The position numbers and the translations under genes were made by a program. Below are positions 20,936 to 30,202 of a stretch of DNA of 64,000 nucleotides, piece after piece; positions within the stretch are counted from its first letter, which is position 1, and every line of letters starts with the position of its first letter. The DNA is taken from contig CAWIEK010000051.1 in NCBI GenBank assembly GCA_963835065.1, positions 32,001-96,000 of the forward strand. The letters are read 5' to 3'. Source of the stretch: an uncultured Chthonomonadaceae bacterium (lineage in GTDB: Bacteria; Armatimonadota; Chthonomonadetes; Chthonomonadales; Chthonomonadaceae). The notes beneath the pieces are model-generated. The model was not told where the DNA came from. It worked only from the letters and a program-made list of their open reading frames with translations, and did no database searches.

Positions 20936-21033
20936 GAAAACTTTGCGTCGTAGCGCGAAAACTTTGCGGCACAGGCGGGCGACATGCGTAACCGTCAGAC
21001 GGCGCAAAGGCTATTTTCCGCCTCACCGCAAAG
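20936..21033. promoter_or_regulatory. Repeated motif in a divergent promoter region, possible TF binding sites
   Basis: GAAAACTTTGCG twice with a 21-bp period (20936, 20957), plus inverted CGCAAAG at 21003 and 21027. Confidence 0.4.
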
Positions 21034-21184
21034 ACAGATTTTGCACTACCTCTGAACGCCTAATTCTAATCCCACCAAACACTACATACAGTGGTACGGC
21101 ACAGTCGCAGGCCCTCCTAAAGCGGTCATGGGTCTGTGCTATAATGGAGGTGTCAGAAGCAGGCAGGTTTGAGGAGGCGCGAAC

Positions 21185-21286
21185 ATGAAGAAACCCGCAC
21201 AGATTGCAGACGCGCAGGCGCAGCGCGTGGAACAGATTGCGGCTGTGCAGGGCGCTGCGGAAAGCACGCGGAGACTGACACAATGA
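21185..21286 (+). pseudogene. 33-aa remnant homologous to the N-terminus of the 29702 gene
   Basis: MKKPAQIADAQAQRVEQIAAVQGAAES vs MGKLVQIADVQAQHLEQLAAAKGTTES; same upstream GAGGCGCGAACATG. ATGA overlap with the next gene. Confidence 0.6.
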
Positions 21287-22290
21287 ACCGAAAAGGGGTC
21301 AACTACGATATTGGCGTATACCTTGGCGACTGGGCTTCGCGCCCGGTTTTCGATCTCACCTTGATACGCCGCGAACTTGAAATTATCCAGAACGACCTGC
21401 GCTGCAACGCCGTCCGCATCTCCGGGCGGGAAATCGAACGGCTGGCGCAGGCCGCGCAAATCGCGCTGGAGTTGGGGTTGGAAGTCTGGCTCTCGCCACT
21501 GCTCTACGACAAAAGCGCGGATGAAACGCTGGCTTACATTCTGGAGTGCGCCGAACAAGCCGAAGCGTTACGCCGACAAGCGCCGCATCTTGTCTTTATT
21601 CTCGGTGGCGAATTGACGCTTTTCATGCAGGGGCTGCTTCCGGGCGGCAGCTTCATGGAGCGAATTGCCGCCCCGACGCTCTTTGAAAGCCTCCATTCCG
21701 GGCGGCACAACGAACCGCTCAATGCCTTCCTGACCAAAGCGAACGCGGCTGTTCGGCAGGTTTTTCACGGCGAAGTGAGTTACGCCGCTGTAACCTTTGA
21801 AGAAGTGGACTGGACACCCTTCGACTACATCTGTCTGGACCACTACCGCATGGCGCATGACCGAGACACTTACGGCGCGCAGCTTCGGCGCTATGGGGTT
21901 TACAACAAGCCGCTCATCATCGCGGAAGTCGGCTGCTGCACGTATCAGGGAGCCGAGAACGCGGGCGCGATGGGTTGGGCCATCATGGAAAACTCCGAAC
22001 ACGCGCCGCCGCGACTTAACGGCGATTACATCCGTGACGAAGGATTGCAGGCGCGCGAACTGACCGACCTGCTGACGATACTCGATGGCGAGGGCGTAGA
22101 AGGCGCGTTTGTCTTTACCTTTGTCTCGCCCACCCTTGTTCATCTCGATCTCCCCCGCATGGACTTTGATATGGCGAGCTACAGTCTGGTCAAGAGCTAC
22201 GTGGATCAGTGGGGCGTGACGTACCCGGACATGGCGTGGGAGCCGAAAGAGTCTTTTCGGGCGGTGTCCCGCTACTTCGGGAAGGGCTAA
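21283..22290 (+). CDS. TIM-barrel glycoside-hydrolase-like protein (family commonly labelled abortive infection protein)
   Basis: KGVNYDIG, DLRCNAVRISG, LEVWLSP, VDWTPFD, AEVGCCTY, WEPKESF motifs. Confidence 0.7.
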   Translation: MNRKGVNYDIGVYLGDWASRPVFDLTLIRRELEIIQNDLRCNAVRISGREIERLAQAAQIALELGLEVWLSPLLYDKSADETLAYILECAEQAEALRRQAPHLVFILGGELTLFMQGLLPGGSFMERIAAPTLFESLHSGRHNEPLNAFLTKANAAVRQVFHGEVSYAAVTFEEVDWTPFDYICLDHYRMAHDRDTYGAQLRRYGVYNKPLIIAEVGCCTYQGAENAGAMGWAIMENSEHAPPRLNGDYIRDEGLQARELTDLLTILDGEGVEGAFVFTFVSPTLVHLDLPRMDFDMASYSLVKSYVDQWGVTYPDMAWEPKESFRAVSRYFGKG

Positions 22291-22311
22291 CTTTCCCAAC
22301 TCCCATTCCCG

Positions 22312-22340
22312 TTGACAGGAATTTCGTTCTTTGCTATACT
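22312..22340 (+). promoter_or_regulatory. sigma70 promoter
   Basis: TTGACA-17 nt-TATACT with extended TG; GAGGAGG RBS downstream. Confidence 0.8.
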
Positions 22341-22364
22341 GAACTCAATAGAGAGGAGGACGGG

Positions 22365-22556
22365 ATGGAAAAAGTCGCGGCTATTTTTCACTCTTTTGAA
22401 GAAGCGGAACAGGCTGAAAAGGCCTATTACCAGCGCTTATCGCCGCTCGAACGTCTCGCTATCATGCTGGAACTCAATCGCCGCTGGCTGGAAGGGAATT
22501 ATGCTGACACTGCCCCCGGCTTCCAGAGAGTTTATCGAATTGTTAAACTCAAATAG
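22365..22556 (+). CDS. Small protein, probable partner of the nucleotidyltransferase (TA-like pair)
   Basis: Strong RBS; 63 aa with an LSPLERL motif; overlaps the NTase gene. Confidence 0.65.
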   Translation: MEKVAAIFHSFEEAEQAEKAYYQRLSPLERLAIMLELNRRWLEGNYADTAPGFQRVYRIVKLK

Positions 22557-22662
22557 CGTACGCTATCTCATTGTGGGTGGTTATGCTGTTGCCTATCACG
22601 GCTATCCACGCTTCACAGGCGATATTGACCTCTTTCTTGATCGGAAATCGGGTGCATGTTAG
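22501..22662 (+). pseudogene. Truncated nucleotidyltransferase
   Basis: YLIVGGYAVAYHGYPRFTGDIDL motif, then a stop after only 53 aa. Confidence 0.75.
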
Positions 22663-22685
22663 AAGCGCGTACAAAAAGAACTGAC

Positions 22686-23147
22686 ATGGATACTAAAATT
22701 GATGTGCCTGAGCCTCTGGCTTCTATCATGTACGCCTGTGAAGTGAACTGTATCGCAGGGTGTTGCGGCCTGGATGCTTTTGACATACATCCCCAGTGGA
22801 TACGCGCCTGGATGGAAAGCCATGACCCGGCGCTTTTGGCTGTTGCGCGGCAACAATTGGATGAACTGATTGAATACTTGTCCGAAGTGGAGGGAAACTA
22901 CTATTCGCCATTGCTGAATGTTGATGGAAGTAATACCGGTTGGATTTCTTTGCTCGCCCAATGGAAAGTAGCCATTGAACAAGCCCCGGCTGCGCCGTTA
23001 CCTCAACCTCCAAAGCAGAAACCACCTGCTACAGCGTTCACGAGCTGGATGACAGAAAAGTTACTCCTGTTGAGCTGTGGAGCGTTGGGGGCTGCGCTGA
23101 TAGTAGCGATCATTGCTCTTATTTACTGGCTGCTTGGACGCTGGTAA
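22686..23147 (+). CDS. Cys-rich hypothetical protein (DUF6331-like) with C-terminal TM
   Basis: CEVNCIAGCCGLDAFD motif; hydrophobic C-terminus. Confidence 0.65.
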   Translation: MDTKIDVPEPLASIMYACEVNCIAGCCGLDAFDIHPQWIRAWMESHDPALLAVARQQLDELIEYLSEVEGNYYSPLLNVDGSNTGWISLLAQWKVAIEQAPAAPLPQPPKQKPPATAFTSWMTEKLLLLSCGALGAALIVAIIALIYWLLGRW

Positions 23148-23228
23148 TCAAGAGCAGTTCGTAGACAAGCTCTTTTCGGGCGGTGTCCAACTATTTTGGG
23201 AACGTACCATTGACATCAGGATTACTTT

Positions 23229-23840
23229 ATGACGAACTCCAAGCCACAGACAAAGCACAAATACTCTGTTATCAAGCTCAAAGACGCGATGCAGTTGCTG
23301 GGACGCGAAACGCTTACGCTCTGGCAGCCGAACGCGGTTCCGCGCCCGCCGAGCGATATTCTGCTGGCGAATTTACAGCGTCTCAACTCATTCGATTTGA
23401 GGTCTACCGAGCAGGCGAAGACCCTGCTAATTGATGCGCTGTTTGCCGAGGTCGTCCCGCACCATCCCAACTTGAAGGTGTGGAAAGCGGCTGCGCTGGA
23501 CACGGACACGTTGACGGGCGTGGCGGATTACCTGATTGCGCCCTTTCGCGCCTATCTGGAAACGCCTTTGTTGTGCGCTGTGGAAGCCAAGCGGGATGAT
23601 TTCGAGCGCAGACAGGCGCAGTGCCTCGCGGAAATGTACGCCTGCGCGTGGAACAATCGGCAGGCGGGCCATGACGTGGATGTGTACGGCATTGTCAGTA
23701 ATGGGCAGGTGTGGCTATTCTACAAATGGGAACGGGGGAGTGACGTGTACGAAACCGAACAGGTCGCCATCAGTGATATGCCGCATCTGCTCGGCCTGCT
23801 GGATTATGTCTGCGGCGAGTGCGCCCGCCTCGTTCCATAA
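23229..23840 (+). CDS. Restriction-endonuclease-like family protein, paralog of 16569
   Basis: TEQAKTLLI, GVADY, VEAKRDDF, QCLAEMYA, YGIVSNG motifs. Confidence 0.75.
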   Translation: MTNSKPQTKHKYSVIKLKDAMQLLGRETLTLWQPNAVPRPPSDILLANLQRLNSFDLRSTEQAKTLLIDALFAEVVPHHPNLKVWKAAALDTDTLTGVADYLIAPFRAYLETPLLCAVEAKRDDFERRQAQCLAEMYACAWNNRQAGHDVDVYGIVSNGQVWLFYKWERGSDVYETEQVAISDMPHLLGLLDYVCGECARLVP

Positions 23841-23950
23841 GCAACATCGACCAATCAGACAGAAAGAAGCATGGGGCGGAAGAAGGATTACATTCTGATG
23901 TTGAGGGGCTTGCCTGAACTGCTCTTATTGCGCAGAACTGCTATCTATCT

Positions 23951-24205
23951 TTGAAAGGCACTGACATGCCGCCGTACTCTAATGACGAAGTTGAACTTGA
24001 TTATATTCTTGATTGCTTCAAAGCCGCAATAAAATGTCTATTGTTACATGACGTTTACCTCTTAAAGCGGGGGCAAGCGGGTAACGTCTTTGCACTTGCA
24101 ACGCGGGCATATTACGCCGTCAGGCCAGCGCATATTCTTTACAAGTTCAAGGCAGATTGTCGGATCGCTGAAATAACGAACCGCTTCCATGAGGCTTTCG
24201 AGTAA
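23951..24205 (+). CDS. Hypothetical protein or gene remnant
   Basis: AT-rich 84-aa ORF; no recognised motif. Confidence 0.3.
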   Translation: MKGTDMPPYSNDEVELDYILDCFKAAIKCLLLHDVYLLKRGQAGNVFALATRAYYAVRPAHILYKFKADCRIAEITNRFHEAFE

Positions 24206-24368
24206 AGTGTTTGTGGTTTCCATGAGAGTTTTTGACCGTCCTGAACAAGAACAAGTTGCCTGATACTCTTGTTACTACAACCGGACGGGCAAAACAGCAA
24301 GACTTTTGCTTAGTCAAGTATCTTTTTTGTGGGCAGGTATATAATTGAGGAAAACTCTCTGAAACTAA

Positions 24369-25332
24369 GAATCTATCTCAAAACGAAAGTGGCTCTGCAA
24401 CGGGCAAGCTGACCTCTTGCTTTAATACGTGCAACTTGCGGAACCACAGGAGGGCACAGGCGAGTTTGCAGGTTGCCAGGTAGTTGCTGGGCTTTTTGTC
24501 CCACCGGATGAGGATGCCGCGCCAACGCGACAGCCAAGCAAACGTGCGCTCCACCACCCAACGCCGCGCCGGATGCATTTTCTCGCCCGCTTCATCTTTC
24601 TTTTCTTCGCCAATGCGGCGAATGTGGGGCGTATAGCCTGCTTTCTTAGCGGCTTCTTCCCCACGCGGATTGTCATAGCCTTTGTCCAGGCACAGGTTTT
24701 GAGGTTCTTCGGGCGTGGGCTGCGGACGGTACACCACCACCGCGCTGATCGTGGCCGCGAGCAGATGCGCGTCATTGGTGTTGGCGCTGCTGATACAAAT
24801 GCCCGTCGGCCCGCCGTCGCCTTCCACTAAAAGGCTCTTTTTGACGCCTTGCTTCCCACGATCCGTGGGATTGGGACCGACACAGGCGTCGTCTTGTGCC
24901 CCTTTTTAGGCACACCGCGCGCTTTGCTCAGGCAGGCATCGGCAGATTGCCAGTCCCACTCTACGCCGCCCAAGAAGTCGCAATTGCGCAGAAGGACCGC
25001 CCACAACTTGCCGAACAAGTCCAGCTTCTCCCACCGCTGCAAGGTGCGGTGGATGCTGGCATTGTCGCCAAACTCCTTGGGGAGTTGGTTCCATTGGCAG
25101 CCGGTACGCGCTCGGTAGATAATGCCGTTGAGAGCAAGACGGGCATCAATGCGCTTGCGTCCGCGTTTGCAAGGGGGATCGTACTGGTTGATCAACGCCT
25201 GAATGTGTTCCCATAACTCGTCGGGAACACGCCAGATCGTCGGTAAAGAGGGTGTCTGCGCCATAAGTCACTCCAAAAAAGTAGTCGTAACTTTATCATC
25301 GGCAGGCCACTCGCTTATTTTGAGATAGATTC
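24369..25332 (-). mobile_element. IS5-family insertion sequence (964 bp)
   Basis: 15-bp TIR GAATCTATCTCAAAA; TAA target duplication (24366-24368 / 25333-25335); split transposase. Confidence 0.92.
24378..25264 (-). CDS. IS5 transposase, two ORFs joined by a -1 frameshift
   Basis: RTGCQWNQLP (orfA); LDKGYD and RWVVERTFAWL (orfB); slippery AAAAAGGGG near 24900. Confidence 0.9.
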
Positions 25333-25380
25333 TAAGGTTGACAGAAGAACAGTAATAATCCAACACGAAGGAGAGACGCA

Positions 25381-25692
25381 ATGGATGAAAAAGCCGAAAC
25401 CCCTATTCAAAATTGCGACAATCTGGTTAAGAACAGATGTCCCAAGAAATGGATAAATCTGCAACGTACTGAGTATGAGGATGTTGGTTTTTGCACCTCT
25501 TGCCAGAAGAAGGTGTTTTTCTGTTATACATTAGAGCAGACTTATCGGCATAGAGGGGATTGCATTGTTGTGATGAAGGGTGCACGAAATTACAGCAAAA
25601 TGCACCCGGTAATGAAGTGGCTGCTCAGAGACAACCCAATTGCGAGAACATACCGACTTTGGCGGGCACTCGTAAACGGGAAAATAGGATAA
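25381..25692 (+). CDS. Small Cys-containing hypothetical protein
   Basis: AAGGAG RBS; CPKKW...FCTSCQKKVFFC. Confidence 0.6.
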   Translation: MDEKAETPIQNCDNLVKNRCPKKWINLQRTEYEDVGFCTSCQKKVFFCYTLEQTYRHRGDCIVVMKGARNYSKMHPVMKWLLRDNPIARTYRLWRALVNGKIG

Positions 25693-25866
25693 GGATTTAG
25701 TAAGAATTCTTATCCTATGTCTGCCTACTTGGTCTGCTTAGTCAACTATATAAGTACCAAAAGTTACTCTTGTTGAGATGTGGAGCGTTGGGGGTTGCGC
25801 CGATAGTAGCGGTTATTGCTATTATTTACTGGTTGCTTGGGCGTTGGTAATGTGGAGGGAAATTTC

Positions 25867-26070
25867 ATGATAAACACAGTTTGGGCCGTTGTTCACGACG
25901 GACGCATCGAACTGCTGGATAAAATAACCGCGCCGGAAGGCACACGGGTTCTGGTCACGCTGCTTTTGGAGGATGAAGCCGATTTCTGGCTGAACGCGAG
26001 TTCCAGTTCGCTGAACGAAGTATGGGACAACCCGGAGGATGACCGATATGCCGAGTTACTCGAAGCCTGA
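25867..26070 (+). CDS. Putative antitoxin
   Basis: GGAGG RBS; AVVHDGRIEL...VLVTLL; acidic tail VWDNPEDDRY; overlaps the PemK toxin gene. Confidence 0.75.
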   Translation: MINTVWAVVHDGRIELLDKITAPEGTRVLVTLLLEDEADFWLNASSSSLNEVWDNPEDDRYAELLEA

Positions 26071-26380
26071 AGTGGTACTGGTACGTTATCCCTTTTCGGA
26101 TTTAACGGGCGCGAAGGTCAGACCGGCGGTTGTGGTCAGCGCAAGCCACATATCACAGGACTTGCTTATCGTGCCTCTCACAAGTAAAACCGGTGGGCTG
26201 CTGGCAGGTGAGTTTGTGCTGACAGAGTGGAGTAAGGTCGGGCTGAACATTGAAACAGCCGTCAAGCGCGGTATCTACACCGTCAAAGAAACGCTGGTGA
26301 GTAAGCGCGTCGGTAAACTGGAAGACGCCGACGCAAAGCGGCTCGAACAATCGTTGCGCGCTTGGCTAAGTCTGCCGTAG
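26048..26380 (+). CDS. mazF: PemK/MazF-family toxin
   Basis: VVLVRYPFSD, KVRPAVVVS, IVPLTS motifs. Confidence 0.85.
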   Translation: MPSYSKPEVVLVRYPFSDLTGAKVRPAVVVSASHISQDLLIVPLTSKTGGLLAGEFVLTEWSKVGLNIETAVKRGIYTVKETLVSKRVGKLEDADAKRLEQSLRAWLSLP

Positions 26381-27667
26381 TGGTTTCGCGTATGAATGGC
26401 AATGTAGAACCAATCTGCCGCTGACATACCCCCGATAATTTGGTTCTCCGCTGCTTTTGGTGAATGGGAAGCAGGTCTTATGAACGCTCTTTCATGCCGC
26501 CTCTTTTAAGCGGCTTGCACCCTCGGCAGCACCCGCGCCCGCAGCAGGTCGAAGTTCGCGCGTCCGTACATGGAACGCTTCACCAGTTTGAGGCGGTTCA
26601 CTTGCCCTTCGGTCTGTCCATTGCTCCATTGCAGCGACAAAGCGGCTTCCACCGCTGCCAAGTCCTGCTTGAGACTGGCAGCAAAACGGGCCAGAACGGT
26701 GCTGCCGCTGGCTGTAGCGGCTTGCATCCAGGCAGGCAGCGCCTTTTTGTTGCGCTTACGTACCATGCCTAGGAACTGCTGCGCCAGATCATAGGCGCTT
26801 TGCAAGGCGGGACATTGCTGCCACAGAGCCGTGAGAAACGCTTGCGGCTTGGCGTCCAAGTCTTGCGTTCGGCACAGGAACCAGGTAGCAACTTGCCGCG
26901 TGGCGGGTACTTTGGGCGTAGGGACTTTCTCCTGCGCCTGACGCAAACAGGTAACATAGCGGCAGACCCACGAGGCGACGCCGGTATAGCCCTGCTCTTT
27001 GAGTTCTCGCGCTAACTGGCAGGCATTGCGGCAGCCTTCCTGCCAGCGCCGGTGCAGGTACGGCTTAAACGGATCGAGCGAAGTCGGCACAGGCGAACGC
27101 GGGGCGCGCTCCGGGAACGTCCCTGCCCGTATATAATGCGCAACAGTGGCACGAGCCAGAGGAAGTTGCCGCGCGATCTTGCGCAACCCAACGCCTTGTT
27201 GGTGCAGTTGCACCACCTGTTCATAACGTTCCAAGCGTTTGCGACGTCGCTCCTGGCTCTCTTCCTCCGCCATCTTGCCCTTGGTAGGCGGCCAAGCAAC
27301 TGCGATAGGTTCTTGCAAGGCAGGCGCGGCTTGCTTCAACGCGGCCCGGTTCTGGTCGAGAACGCGCTCCAGGGTTTCAGACAGGTTCTTGAGCAAGTGC
27401 CAGCGATCCGCCACCTGAACGGCGTTGGGAGCGCCTTGCCTGGCTCCTTCGGCATACGCGCCTGCTCGGTCCCGGCTGAGTATCTCCACGCCGGGATGGG
27501 CTTGCAGCCAGATTGCCAGGCTCTGTGAAGTGGCATCGGGCAGCAGGTCCACGACACGATGCTGCTCCAGGTCCACCAGAATGGTTCCATAGCGCCGCCC
27601 TTTGCGGAACGCCCAATCGTCTACACCTAACACGCGCACGGGGGCAGCACCCCTTGCGGCACGGCTA

Positions 27668-29098
27668 GTGGGTCAGTTGTCACGCTGAGTAACAAATACA
27701 AGCGGGCTATTCCTTGCTCTGCCAACGCCTGCGAACGGGACGGTGGGTAAAGGCGCGGCTACCGCCCAGCTTATGACGCTCCCGAAAACGCTGTCGCCGC
27801 TGCCAGCGTTTGCCATGCCACTCAAAGGGCGTCGGATCGGCATTCCAGCCGCGTACCGTAGCGGCCAACCATTCCATGATCTGCGCGGCGCTGTGCGGAT
27901 GCTGACCACACAGAGCGCGGCGTACCAGAATGCGCTGAATGGCTTCGGCCATGTTCAGCCACGAACCGCCCAGAGGCGTATATAAAAGAAGGATGCCTCG
28001 CTGCACACACCAGTCCACCATTTCCGGTGTATAGTGGCCGGCCAGATTGTCCCAGATCAAGATCAAGCGCACGAGCGGTCCCAGGCCATCGGCAAAAGCC
28101 GCGGGAGGAAAGCCCCAATCTACCCAATGCCGTCCCCAACCGCTTTGGGCTTCGGGAGAGAGTTCCGGCAGCGCGTCCAGGATCGCCGTCAACTCCTGCT
28201 TGAGCCAGGGATGCAGGATCGCATTGGTCGCTTGCTCGACAGGCAAGGCGCGTACCTGTCCACTGTGGGGATGAAACAGCGTCAGCAGCTTGGCGGTTCC
28301 CTGCCGAATGTACTCATGCGGCTGGCAAGCGGGCTGTCCTTCGGGTTGCCAACTGGCTCCGGGTTGCGGAATGGCTTGGTAGGGTCCGGCTTCGTCCTGG
28401 TTCCACACAGGAATGCCCGCGGCTTCGGCTAAAGTGTACGCCTGCTCGATCAGCCCCTTTTTACGTCGGCATGGGGATCCTGCACGGTTACAACACCGTC
28501 TTTGCGTTTGCGTTGCACGGTTCCCGTGTGACACCAGGTACGGCTTTGTTGCCAGGAATAGCCTGCCTGATGCAGCGTTTGCAGAATGACATAGGTACTC
28601 ACCTTCGGCAGACCATCCGGGGCACGACGCAGAGCGCGCTGCAAGGTCGTCAACGACCAGATTGCGGTCTGATCCTGTTCCCGGTCAGGCGGGCGAGCAA
28701 ACTCTTGAAGGATGCGGGCTTGCTCCTGCGCGCCATAGGCTACGGAAGGACCCCCGCCATGATGTCCGGCGACAGCGGGCATGCCTTCCTGGTTGAAGCG
28801 TCGTACCAGACGGGCAACCGCTTGACGCGAGGTGCGTCCCGCCTGATGAGCCGCCTGTCCAAAAGTCTGGCCCTCGGCGACGGCCAGAAGTTCCTTGGCG
28901 CGGGCGATGCGATCTGCCGGAGCGCTACGCGAACGCGCCAGAGCCGAGAGTTCGTAGCGCTCGGCTTGAGTTAAGGTGCGTAAAGGTTCTTTAGGTGGAC
29001 GTGCCATACTCCTTCTCCTGCGGGAGCCAAGGTGCTCCACGCAACAGAAGCGACGAGGCACATACCGGATTTGTTCCTGTGCGTGACAACTGACCCAC
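27668..29098 (-). mobile_element. IS630-family IS (1431 bp)
   Basis: 18-bp perfect TIR GTGGGTCAGTTGTCACGC; TA duplication in a CTAG target (27666-27667 / 29099-29100). Confidence 0.92.
27707..29007 (-). CDS. IS630 transposase, orfA (HTH) + orfB (DDE) via -1 frameshift
   Basis: QDEAG, WDNLAGH, SWLNMAE motifs; AAAAAGGGG at the junction near 28455. Confidence 0.9.
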
Positions 29099-29701
29099 TA
29101 GTGGCCTGACGAATATGGCGCAGAAGCGTGTTCGGACTGACGAGCAACCCTAAACTCACGGCCAACCGCGCTCCGGCTTCGCCGCCCAGAGCGTAGCCGA
29201 GCAGGTACAAGGCGTGGTGCAAGCGGTTTGTCTTACGCGCATAGCGAACCGCGAGATCAGGGAGCGGCTCGGTAAAGATGCGGCGTGAGCATCCTGGCTC
29301 GTCGCAAAAGAACTTGCGTGCCTGCACGTTGATTTGCACGGCAATGTGGTTCCAGGGCATATCGGCGAGAGTACGTGAGTAGCGGCTATGCACTCGTACC
29401 GAAGTGTGTTGGCACACAGGGCACAGAGCCGAAGTCGCCACCACAGCCAGGTCAACCAGGATTTTGTTGGCACAGTTTGTAACTTGAAGAACCCGCAGGC
29501 CGTCGCCTGTGGGCAGCAAAGTAGGAGTAGACATACTACTTTTTACTGGCTGCCATCTAGTCACAGTTCCGCTTCACCAAAAGCAGCGGTGAACCAAATT
29601 ATCGGGGGTAGATCAAACCTTGTTAATCTCTTCACAGGCGTTTGCCCCCTATTATCTTATCAATGGAAGGGGCAGAACAGGAAGATTGATGAGGCGCGAA
29701 C

Positions 29702-30193
29702 ATGGGGAAACTGGTGCAAATTGCGGACGTGCAGGCGCAGCATCTAGAACAGCTTGCGGCTGCGAAGGGCACAACGGAAAGCCCGTTGGTGGAACAGGCA
29801 TTGGAACTGCTGTTTGGGCAAAGCGGCAGGGATGAGGCTCTGCGCACAGACAAAGAAGCGTTACAGCAGTTGGAAGCGGAAGGTGTCTTGCCATCCCCGC
29901 ATCAGATCACGCCTCCCCTCAACCCCGATGAGTACCAGATGACACATGCCGTTCGTATTACGTCGGAAATGACCCGCGACTGCGCTTCTACCATACGCCG
30001 TCTGCCGGTTGACATGCCAGAGGATGAACCCGCTCAATTGTCTTTAACTCCCCGCACACCGGGACTGAGTCAAGGCGAAGTGTGGATAGCCCCGGATTTC
30101 GATGCTTCTATGCCCGACGAATGGCTTGAAGAGTTTTACAATGGAGAACTCTTTTCATGCAAAGTCGGTGTTCAAGTCGCTTTGCAAGCATGA
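29702..30193 (+). CDS. Chimeric antitoxin-like protein (RHH-like N-terminus, DUF2281-like C-terminus)
   Basis: LEQLAAAKGTTESPLVEQALE; RTPGLSQGEVWIAPDFDASMP. No toxin gene follows. Confidence 0.55.
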   Translation: MGKLVQIADVQAQHLEQLAAAKGTTESPLVEQALELLFGQSGRDEALRTDKEALQQLEAEGVLPSPHQITPPLNPDEYQMTHAVRITSEMTRDCASTIRRLPVDMPEDEPAQLSLTPRTPGLSQGEVWIAPDFDASMPDEWLEEFYNGELFSCKVGVQVALQA

Positions 30194-30202
30194 GTGAACG
30201 GG

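Larger units (their letters stand above)
23056..25851. repeat. 93-bp diverged direct repeat of the 3' end of the 22686 gene (23056-23148 and 25759-25851)
   Basis: About 10 mismatches; both copies read KLLLL.CGALG...IYWLLGRW-stop. Confidence 0.9.
26506..29534 (-). pseudogene. ISL3 transposase split by IS630 insertion
   Basis: N-part has a zinc finger (CPVC...HSRY...C..PGC); C-part has GVDDW, RDRA, ADRWHL, WSNGQTEG. Removing the IS630 restores the frame (IRQATSRAARGAAPVRVLGVDDW). Confidence 0.92.
26442..29595 (-). mobile_element. ISL3-family IS, interrupted by an IS630
   Basis: 23-bp TIR GGTTC(T/A)CCGCTGCTTTTGGTGAA at 26442-26464 and 29573-29595. Confidence 0.92.

Noticed and set aside
16000..30200. 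Integron cassette array
   Set aside because: No tyrosine recombinase, and no repeated RYYYAAC...GTTRRRY attC-like structures were found by eye.
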